Of a stretch of 32,000 bases of DNA, positions 8,551 through 15,877 are shown piece after piece. The notes under the pieces were generated by a model. It did no database searches and was not told the DNA's origin. It saw nothing but the letters and a program-made list of their open reading frames with translations. Source of the DNA: an uncultured Alphaproteobacteria bacterium (GTDB lineage Bacteria; Pseudomonadota; Alphaproteobacteria; Rs-D84; CACZYB01); the NCBI GenBank assembly GCA_934246625.1, contig CAKQHZ010000001.1:150001-182000 (forward strand), written 5' to 3'. Position numbers and translations under genes: made by a program. Each line of letters begins with the position of its first letter. The stretch's first letter is position 1.

Positions 8551-8814
8551 TTACTTCCTTTTTTCAAAGAATTTATTTTTTAACTTTATCAAAGTAGTAA
8601 AAAACTTTGACCTTAAAAACCTTGTCAACCAATCACTTACAACTTGGTTTAGCTTTCGGTTTTCAGGATGTGCCTTTGCATAAAGGATACACAAACACAC
8701 AAATATAATTCCCCAAGAAAGTATCAATATAAAAAACTTTAGCTTTGATATAATATAAAGTCCCAATAAAATTGATAAAACGGTTAAAAGTAATTTCATA
8801 TTGCCTGAAAACAT
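8551..8814 (-). CDS. small two-TM membrane protein, first gene of the VirB6-like operon (function unknown)
   Basis: 87-aa ORF with two hydrophobic helices (LLLTVLSILLGLYIISKL, FFILILSWGIIFVCLCILYA) and a basic C-terminal tail. A strong SD (GAGGGAGGA) lies ~8 nt upstream of the ATG at 8814. Its stop is 6 nt before the start of paralog A. Confidence 0.6.
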   Translation of the reverse strand: MFSGNMKLLLTVLSILLGLYIISKLKFFILILSWGIIFVCLCILYAKAHPENRKLNQVVSDWLTRFLRSKFFTTLIKLKNKFFEKRK

Positions 8815-8888
8815 TTCTTGCGTCCTCCCTCTTTTTATTATATAATATATAATAATTAAAAAATAATCAAATAAAATAAAGGGTTTTT
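8815..8888. promoter_or_regulatory. 74-bp divergent promoter region between the VirB6-like operon (-) and the orphan operon (+)
   Basis: Plus strand: TTGCGT (8818-8823), 17 nt spacer, TATAAT (8841-8846). Minus strand: TTGATT, 17 nt, TATTAT, overlapping the same AT-rich core. A 7-1-7 palindrome TTATATA-A-TATATAA sits at 8838-8852. Promoter hexamers occur easily by chance in DNA this AT-rich. Confidence 0.4.
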
Positions 8889-10367
8889 ATGGAAAATTAT
8901 AATTCATTTTTACCAGACGAGATGTTAAACAAACTTAACAGAAGTTTGGATACATTTTATTTGAAAATTAGGGAAATTATAGAAAACAAATCTTTGGCTT
9001 CTCAACAAAAGGAAGCTGAGATAAAAAAACTTTATGATAGCTCATTTGAAAATATTGACGGAATTGAAAAATCAGATGATTATATTAAGGATTTATTACA
9101 AAATATAAATGATTATTCCAATGGTAAAATTGACGATAAAGAATTGTTCTTTAATTTGGAAAAACATAAGGAAGATACAAGGTCTGCTATCTTAATAAAT
9201 TATGAAAATACTTTCCTTGCAACACAAAGAAAGGAAGAAACAGAAAAGACAAAACAAACCTTAAAAGAATTGTTTCCAAATAGTAATGTTGACAATTTGA
9301 ATCAGGCTCAATTAACAGAAATTACAAATGATTTGGAAAATCCTTATACTGCTACATTATCAGAAAAAACACTGGAAGACTTAAATCTTCCTCGAAAAGA
9401 TGCTGAAAAAATAAAGGTGCAATATAAATATAAAGTCGAAGGCAAAATAACATCTGGAATTGGTGATTTAGATACATTTTTGGGTATTATACAGCCTGGA
9501 CTTAATTTAATACTTAAAACTGGTGCAAAACTTGTTTATGAAGGTATTATTGACCCAGCAGAAAAGGTATTCTTTGGAAACGAAGAACTTGGAATAAAAA
9601 GTTTTTATCAATCATGGGCTGAACAAACTGGAAATTTAAAAAAGGATTATGATTTCCTTCATAAATTCGGTGATATGCCAGCAGATGATACCTTTAAATA
9701 TGCTCAAAGTGTGAAAAAAACTGAAAACCACGTTGCAACATATTGGCAAAATAAAATCATTGAACAAATAAATAAAAATCGTGAAACAACTTATAAAAAT
9801 AATATTTCTCAATATAATCAAAACTACAATCGTATTGTTTCAAATTTGCTAAATGATGAAAATACTTCTCAAGCATTAAAGGACAGCATAAAAAATACTG
9901 ATGATATAACAAAGTTAAAGGTATTTCCTTTGCTTGACTCTATATCAAAAGAGGATAAAGATTTGTTGATGAATAAACCTGAAGAAGTTCAAAAATTTAC
10001 TGGAAATCCATTTGATAAAACAAAGGATATAACCGAAACTCAACAGGCTTTGCAAGAAATTATAAAGCAAGTTATTTCAGAAACTCGTGAAAAAGATAGT
10101 GAAGGAAAACCCGTTGCAAAGGCAACTGATGCTGGAAAATCTGCACTTAATAGTATTATGCACTTAACTGATTTATTTAATAAAGAAGATAGTCCTGAAT
10201 TCAAAGGTAAGTTTTCTGATTTAATAGAGTATTATAAAAATGGATACCTTAAAAATTATGGAAAACTTATTGAAAACAGTGATTACTTTGAATATCAATC
10301 CAGTGAAGAAGCAAAAAATGCTGAATTTATGGATCAATTAAAGGCAATGGTAGGAAACAGTAAATAA
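8889..10367 (+). CDS. hypothetical soluble acidic/Lys-rich protein (orphan; candidate secreted effector)
   Basis: 492-aa ORF with no signal peptide or TM and a composition rich in E/K/D/N/Q. It has one central hydrophobic patch (FLGIIQPGLNLILKTGAKLVYEGII). I recognise no family. First gene of a tightly packed operon. Confidence 0.7.
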   Translation: MENYNSFLPDEMLNKLNRSLDTFYLKIREIIENKSLASQQKEAEIKKLYDSSFENIDGIEKSDDYIKDLLQNINDYSNGKIDDKELFFNLEKHKEDTRSAILINYENTFLATQRKEETEKTKQTLKELFPNSNVDNLNQAQLTEITNDLENPYTATLSEKTLEDLNLPRKDAEKIKVQYKYKVEGKITSGIGDLDTFLGIIQPGLNLILKTGAKLVYEGIIDPAEKVFFGNEELGIKSFYQSWAEQTGNLKKDYDFLHKFGDMPADDTFKYAQSVKKTENHVATYWQNKIIEQINKNRETTYKNNISQYNQNYNRIVSNLLNDENTSQALKDSIKNTDDITKLKVFPLLDSISKEDKDLLMNKPEEVQKFTGNPFDKTKDITETQQALQEIIKQVISETREKDSEGKPVAKATDAGKSALNSIMHLTDLFNKEDSPEFKGKFSDLIEYYKNGYLKNYGKLIENSDYFEYQSSEEAKNAEFMDQLKAMVGNSK

Positions 10368-10368
10368 T

Positions 10369-11457
10369 ATGAAAAAAAAGCTATCATACATATTTCTTAT
10401 TACCTTGATTTTGGTTTTGCCTATTATTTATTGGCTTAATTTTAAATGGGGTATTAAATTTTCTGCTATTGATATAAAAAAATTAAGATTTGCATTTATG
10501 CGTGATAAGTTTTTGCTTTTTGCAACTTTGTGTAATTCTGGGCTTTATGTTTTTGTTGTATATAAAATTATAAACTCTAATGTTATTGAAAATAATGGAA
10601 ACAACAATACAAAAATTCCTGAAAAACAAATAAATACTGTGCCAAATGGTATAATGTTATCTGCCTCTACTGGAAGTGGTCAAATAAACCCAAATGATAA
10701 AAAATGGCAAGATATGTATAAGGGAAATGGTGAAGATGAAGAAGTTGTTGTAAAGGAAGCTCCTCAAACTCCTATCACTAAAGAAAATATTTCAAAGCCA
10801 GAAGATAATAAAATTAGCACGGAAGAAATTCCTCAACCACAACAACCTGTTCTTGAAGAAAATCAAGATAATATTATCAATATTCCACCACTTGAATCCG
10901 AAGATGTTATCAATGTTCAAGTGGAAAGAGCTCTTGCCGAAATTGGATATGAAAATATGGGTGATATTTACATCAATGGTGTGTATGTTGACTTTGTATC
11001 TATCGCAGAAAGTGATACTTTAGTAATTGGAAAAATCAATGCAAAGGGTGGAAATATTATTGCAAATGAAACGCCAACAACTCCAAATACTCCACCATCT
11101 TGGTTCACAAATGAAGAAAAGTATCCATCACCTGTATGGGAAATAAAAAATGCCTCTAATGAATTTGTTAAAATGATTAACGAAGTTTTACCAGAAGACA
11201 ATGGTATAATTGTTAAATCTGTTGTTGTAATACCATCTGCAACTGTTGTTAATCAAGACGACATTGAACCAAAGTGGAAAGAATTAGATGTCGATGTTGT
11301 AAAATTGTCTGGAAAATCAAATCTTCCAAATATAGTTTCCGTGCTTCCTGATAGAAAGGATACCGAAGTTTTGGAAAGTTATAAAAAATTTGTTCAAACC
11401 TTGATGAAATATTTTTCACAAAAATATAAACGTCCAAATATAAAAAAGGCAGGATAG
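10369..11457 (+). CDS. membrane-anchored protein with a C-terminal NERD-like / PD-(D/E)xK-like domain
   Basis: 362-aa ORF starting 1 nt after the upstream stop. Two N-terminal TM helices, a P/E/Q-rich linker (EEIPQPQQPVLEENQDN), then VERALAEIGYENMGDIYINGVYVDFVSIAESDTLVIGKINAKGGNIIANE...SWFTNEEKYPSPVWEIKN, which follows the NERD pattern (D-hh..., hhhExK, G-x-I, W, sP). The ExK glutamate appears to be replaced (VIGK). Confidence 0.6.
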   Translation: MKKKLSYIFLITLILVLPIIYWLNFKWGIKFSAIDIKKLRFAFMRDKFLLFATLCNSGLYVFVVYKIINSNVIENNGNNNTKIPEKQINTVPNGIMLSASTGSGQINPNDKKWQDMYKGNGEDEEVVVKEAPQTPITKENISKPEDNKISTEEIPQPQQPVLEENQDNIINIPPLESEDVINVQVERALAEIGYENMGDIYINGVYVDFVSIAESDTLVIGKINAKGGNIIANETPTTPNTPPSWFTNEEKYPSPVWEIKNASNEFVKMINEVLPEDNGIIVKSVVVIPSATVVNQDDIEPKWKELDVDVVKLSGKSNLPNIVSVLPDRKDTEVLESYKKFVQTLMKYFSQKYKRPNIKKAG

Positions 11458-11460
11458 CCA

Positions 11461-12024
11461 ATGTTATTTACTGAAAATTATTATCGCGATTTGATTGCAA
11501 AGCTGGGAATTCCAGAAATGCCAATAAAAAAAGTTTTGTTCAAAAAAGATTATCTTTCAAATTGTCCTAAACTTTATAATGACTTTTTCAAAATATCAAA
11601 AAAACTTATGCAATTTGTTTATTACAATAATATTGAGGATTTGATTGGTGCAAATTTTTCACACGAAAGTATTATGAAAATGCGTGATGGAATACTTCCT
11701 GAAAATATTGATATATATTTAAAGGTTCCATTTGAATATGGTGGGACAATCGAATTTTCAAATATGTTTTTGATAAAAAAAAGACCATTCAAGGATTTGA
11801 TTGATAGTTTTATTGATGAGCAAGTCTTAACCTTTAATCGTTCCAATGGAAATTTTAATCGTGAAAGTGGTTATCAATATCCAACTGAACTTTATATCCC
11901 AAATCCAAAGGGTATTATATTTTTGCCTGCATTAAAGGGATTTGCTGGAGCTGGCGGTAATACATCTGCAGATATTATGACCGAAATAGGAAGCACTATG
12001 TTTTCAAAATCAGGAGGCTTTTAA
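11461..12024 (+). CDS. hypothetical protein in the toxin position upstream of a SUKH-like gene
   Basis: 187-aa ORF with no signal peptide or TM. The segment DIYLKVPFEYGGTIEFSNMFLIKKRPFKDLI loosely recalls an HNH/beta-beta-alpha-Me core (P-x3-GG-x5-N) but lacks the histidines. Gly-rich C-terminus. Its stop overlaps the next start (TAATG). Confidence 0.6.
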   Translation: MLFTENYYRDLIAKLGIPEMPIKKVLFKKDYLSNCPKLYNDFFKISKKLMQFVYYNNIEDLIGANFSHESIMKMRDGILPENIDIYLKVPFEYGGTIEFSNMFLIKKRPFKDLIDSFIDEQVLTFNRSNGNFNRESGYQYPTELYIPNPKGIIFLPALKGFAGAGGNTSADIMTEIGSTMFSKSGGF

Positions 12025-12470
12025 TGAACGACATTTTTAAAAAATTAAAGCTCTGTATAAATAATATAATATATTTGCCACCTGCAAAAGATGCTCAAAT
12101 TGATTTTGTAAGTGCAATGCTTAAAAATGATGGATTTGCTCCTGTGCCACAAGATTATATAGACTTTTTAAAATTAACAAATGGAATTTGTTCTGGGATT
12201 TTAGAATTTTTTGGAACCGAAAAAATTAAACGTGCAGACTATAACTATAATTTTCCAAATTTAATAGATGCAAATGAAATTTTTAAAAAATCAGAAAATC
12301 CTCTTATGAAAAATTCTGTGCTATTAGGATATAATCTTTTAAATGCAATTATTTATGATAATGATGAAAAACTTTATAAAATTGTAAATAGAAATTTTTT
12401 CACTCCTGTAAAATCTTTTATTACTTTCAAAGATGTTTTAAATGAAATAATTAAAAATCTAAGGGACTAA
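12024..12470 (+). CDS. SMI1/KNR4 (SUKH-1)-like immunity-type protein
   Basis: 148-aa ORF with an AGGAGG SD 7 nt upstream. The N-terminal pattern AKDAQIDFVSAMLKNDGFAPVPQDYIDFLKLTNG matches the SUKH signature (a..eI...E..lg..lP.dY..FL...NG). A later segment (VLLGYNLLNAIIYDNDEKLYKIV) fits the second conserved block. Confidence 0.55.
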   Translation: MNDIFKKLKLCINNIIYLPPAKDAQIDFVSAMLKNDGFAPVPQDYIDFLKLTNGICSGILEFFGTEKIKRADYNYNFPNLIDANEIFKKSENPLMKNSVLLGYNLLNAIIYDNDEKLYKIVNRNFFTPVKSFITFKDVLNEIIKNLRD

Positions 12471-12471
12471 A

Positions 12472-12678
12472 ATGCTTGAAAAACATTCAATTACATTGAT
12501 GGGTCATCAAACAAGTATTTCTATGGAACCAGAATTTTGGATTGAACTTAAAGCTATTGCAAACAAACAAAATAAATCCATCAATGAAATTATTTCGTCT
12601 ATTGATATAAGTCAACATAATGGCAATTTATCAAGTTGCATTCGTGTGTTTATTCTTAAAAACCTTAAAAATAATTAG
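12472..12678 (+). CDS. ribbon-helix-helix domain protein (RHH_4 / PF13467-like, conserved in Alphaproteobacteria)
   Basis: 68-aa ORF. The sequence HSITLMGHQTSISMEPEFWIELKAIANKQNKSINEIISSIDISQHNGNLSSCIRVFIL matches the family pattern H.TS..LE.eFW..L..IA......L..L...ID......NLSSa.RvF.L. Confidence 0.7.
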   Translation: MLEKHSITLMGHQTSISMEPEFWIELKAIANKQNKSINEIISSIDISQHNGNLSSCIRVFILKNLKNN

Positions 12679-15600
12679 TTAAAAATTTCTTTCTTTTTCT
12701 TTTGAAGATATGAAGTATTGATTTTGGACATTATCGCAGATGTATCAACTTCTCCTCCAAGATTATTAATAAAGCCTTTGATATTATAAATCAAATTTAG
12801 TGTTTCACTTGAAAGATTTTTAATTTCAAACAAACTTTCAATATTCAAGGATTTTTTTATCAAATTACCAGAAACAAATCCTGTTACAAACATATTTTTT
12901 GATGAAAGTGTAAATGCAGATTTCACAATTTCTGCCATATCAATCTTTCCTTCGATTACAAGGTTTGTAAAATTAAGCATACCTGATTTAAAACTATTTT
13001 CCAAAGCATAAAGAATATTGTTTGTTGTAATATTTGAAAGCTCAACTACATTATGAAGAATTGTATCGTAATCACTTATCCCCTTTATAGTTCCGTTTTT
13101 AATGTTGGCTTTAAAACTTCCTGATAAATTTGAGGTTAGTTGATAAATGTTCATTCCATCTGTTCTGAAATCAAGATTAAGGTTCATAAGTCCAGATGTA
13201 AGATTCATAAGTTCGTTATTCATCAAATCATTTGGAATTACAAAATTTTCTACACTTAACTTTCCTGTGAAAATTCGATTATTTAAAATTTCAGATGAAA
13301 GTTTTAAAAGTCGCCCTGCCTTTTGAATATTAAATTCAAGTGAACCTGGGTTTTTAGAATTAACAAGGTTTAAATATAAATCCTTATACACATTACCATT
13401 GTATTCAACGATATTTTTTGCATTCAATTTTATGTTATATGGAACCGTTCTGATAATTTTTAATAAAAAGTCAACATAAGCATCAGTATCCTTTAAACGT
13501 TTTATAATTGCCTTTACATCAAAATTGTCGATTGATAAATCAACATTTGTTTCATAGGTTGGATTTTTTTGGCTTCGTGAAATATTTTTTCTTAAAATAT
13601 CTCCTGTAAATAAATTATTTTTTATTTTAAGTTTGATGTCTTTTATATTATTGCCATCAACTTCTGCCTTTAATGAAAAAGGTATATCATCATAAAAATA
13701 ATTCATTAAAGTATCATCAATAAAGCCCCATGAGAATAAAAATCCCTTTAATTCAGTATGTGATAAATCAAGAGAGTATTTTTCACTTCCTTCTAATAAA
13801 CGACCATTAACTCTTACGCTTATATTATTTAAAACCGCATATACATCAGACACAGGGTTTGAGGCACTTCCATTTAATTTTATGTTTATTGTTTTTACTC
13901 CGTTTGCAATAATTTTATCAATAAAGCTGTTGCGGATAAACGGTAAAGTAAGACCTCGTAAATTATCAGAATTTATTACATAATTGAAATTTTTAAATGA
14001 ACCATTATCCTGTGTAATTCCGACTAAATCTCCACTTATGGTTGAAGAATAATCACTTTCTTTAAATGTAAGTTTTTTCACAGATAATGTATCATTTTTA
14101 AATGAGGTATCAAGTTTTAATAAATCATATTTATTTGATGGAGTTTTTAATGACTTTATCATTGCATTTAATTTAAAGGAACTTTTCTTTATCAATGAAA
14201 GATTATGTATAATATATGCTAAATCAATTTTTGATTTGGTAAATTTTGTTGTATCAAGTTCATCAGATTTTAATACAATGTTATAATCATTTCCATTTGG
14301 TGAAAGGGTTGTATCAACACTTCCAAACAATTTATTACCATCAATGTTTAAGTTTAAATCAGATACAGAAATTGTATTATTCTCCTTTATAATACGGGCA
14401 TCAAAGGAATTTATCCTTGTCATTTTGAAAAAGATATTTGGAAAATACACAGGTATTTTATTTTTTATTACTAAATCAGTTTTAATATCAGAAAAAATAT
14501 CAAAAAGTTTTCCCGTTATTTGTATTGGATTTTTACCAAGTGAGTAATTGAGCTTTTTTATATCAATTCCCATATAGTTATTATTTTGATAAATTGGTGC
14601 TGAATTTAATTCAAAATTTGTTATCAAATCATTTTCCAAAAGCAAATTTTTTACAAAAATGTTTAATGTCGGATATGCAAAAACTTTAAGTAATTCTTTG
14701 ATTTCATCTTTATTTGTATTTGATAACCTAAAAATATTATCAGGCATAGTTAAAATTTTTGAAAGTTTTAAATTTTTAAAATCAACATTAAAAGAAATGT
14801 TATTTTTTACCAAAGAGATTTTATTATCATCTGAACGAGTAAATGGAATAATACTTGAAAAATTCGCAAACGCGTCATTTGATGTAAATGTTCCATTTGA
14901 AAGAATAATTGCTTCTGATGTTGTTTGAATTGTCGTTTTAATATTAAGTTTATCATTGAATAAAGGTATATTTGGAACTTCGACACTTCCATCAATCAGT
15001 GGTATAAATTTATACAAATTGTCTGTTGTTAAATCAACTGTGCCATTTACAACTGGGGTATTTTCCTTTACAACTATATTAAAACGATTTTTAATTATGT
15101 TTTTACCATTTATATAATCAAAATTCGCATCAAGGTTATAATTTTCATTATTTACATAACGAAGATAAAAAACTATATCATCAATCTTGTTTGAAAGATA
15201 TTCAAAAGAACCAGTTCCCTGTAGTTCAGAATTTAATATGTTTTTAAAATGAATGTTAATGTTATAAATTCTTCGAACTTTATTTAATCCGTCTTTGTTA
15301 TTTTGAGATATAACAGTTGAATTTTTTATAATTAAGTCATTGAAACTTTTCCCCTTTAATATTAAATCTAGGTTTTCAAAACCACTTTCCTTATAATGGG
15401 TATAATTAAGATATCCTCCATCAATAATAATTTTGTTAATATGCAAATCACCACTCATTAAATTTAACAAATCCATACTTACAAAAATTTGTTTTGCATT
15501 TAAAAATGTTGATGTATTAGGCTCATTTTGTTTTCTAAAATTTTTGATATCAACGTTTTTCATTATAATTGCAGGATATGGAAGTATTCTGAATGTAATT

Positions 15601-15758
15601 TTACCATGAATTTCTATATCAAACTTTATTAAATTTTCTATTTGCTGTTCAATATAAACCTTTCTTTCGTTATCCAAAGAAACAAAATTTGGAAATATAT
15701 AAAGTCCTGTGAATAAAAATACAATAACTGCAGATATTTGCAAAAAACGCTTTAACAT
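12675..15758 (-). CDS. AsmA-family / TamB-like large envelope protein
   Basis: ORF 12675..15788. I prefer the ATG at 15758 (MLKRFLQISAVIVFLFTGLYIF) because GGGGAG lies 4-5 nt upstream. One N-terminal TM anchor is followed by ~1000 aa of N/K/S/T-rich, repetitive beta-strand-like sequence. The N-terminal block (IEIHGKITFRILPYPAIIMKNVDIKN) is typical of AsmA. Confidence 0.6.
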   Translation of the reverse strand: MLKRFLQISAVIVFLFTGLYIFPNFVSLDNERKVYIEQQIENLIKFDIEIHGKITFRILPYPAIIMKNVDIKNFRKQNEPNTSTFLNAKQIFVSMDLLNLMSGDLHINKIIIDGGYLNYTHYKESGFENLDLILKGKSFNDLIIKNSTVISQNNKDGLNKVRRIYNINIHFKNILNSELQGTGSFEYLSNKIDDIVFYLRYVNNENYNLDANFDYINGKNIIKNRFNIVVKENTPVVNGTVDLTTDNLYKFIPLIDGSVEVPNIPLFNDKLNIKTTIQTTSEAIILSNGTFTSNDAFANFSSIIPFTRSDDNKISLVKNNISFNVDFKNLKLSKILTMPDNIFRLSNTNKDEIKELLKVFAYPTLNIFVKNLLLENDLITNFELNSAPIYQNNNYMGIDIKKLNYSLGKNPIQITGKLFDIFSDIKTDLVIKNKIPVYFPNIFFKMTRINSFDARIIKENNTISVSDLNLNIDGNKLFGSVDTTLSPNGNDYNIVLKSDELDTTKFTKSKIDLAYIIHNLSLIKKSSFKLNAMIKSLKTPSNKYDLLKLDTSFKNDTLSVKKLTFKESDYSSTISGDLVGITQDNGSFKNFNYVINSDNLRGLTLPFIRNSFIDKIIANGVKTINIKLNGSASNPVSDVYAVLNNISVRVNGRLLEGSEKYSLDLSHTELKGFLFSWGFIDDTLMNYFYDDIPFSLKAEVDGNNIKDIKLKIKNNLFTGDILRKNISRSQKNPTYETNVDLSIDNFDVKAIIKRLKDTDAYVDFLLKIIRTVPYNIKLNAKNIVEYNGNVYKDLYLNLVNSKNPGSLEFNIQKAGRLLKLSSEILNNRIFTGKLSVENFVIPNDLMNNELMNLTSGLMNLNLDFRTDGMNIYQLTSNLSGSFKANIKNGTIKGISDYDTILHNVVELSNITTNNILYALENSFKSGMLNFTNLVIEGKIDMAEIVKSAFTLSSKNMFVTGFVSGNLIKKSLNIESLFEIKNLSSETLNLIYNIKGFINNLGGEVDTSAIMSKINTSYLQKKKKEIFN

Positions 15759-15797
15759 ATTTCTCCCCTTTTTTACTATGCTAGGCATTTATTTCCT

Positions 15798-15829
15798 TTG
15801 ACAACTCCTTATAAGAAATATACTATAAT
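15798..15829 (+). promoter_or_regulatory. putative sigma70-type promoter of uvrB
   Basis: TTGACA at 15798-15803, 17 nt spacer, TACTAT at 15821-15826 (TATAAT at 15824-15829 is an alternative). It lies ~50 nt upstream of the uvrB ATG. Confidence 0.35.
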
Positions 15830-15877
15830 TTATAGTTTAATAAGACAAGCAAAAAATTTAGATTTTAAGGTTTTATT

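Noticed and set aside
8551-8814. Calling the 87-aa ORF VirB3 or a VirB2 pilin.
   Set aside because: Only the size and the two hydrophobic helices fit. I see no VirB3-like TRP/GVP signature and no long VirB2-type signal peptide. It is kept as an unknown small membrane protein.
15789-15877. An SOS/LexA operator upstream of uvrB.
   Set aside because: I looked for alphaproteobacterial GTTC-N7-GTTC / GAAC-N7-GAAC direct repeats and for a CTGT-N8-ACAG box. Neither is present in the spacer.
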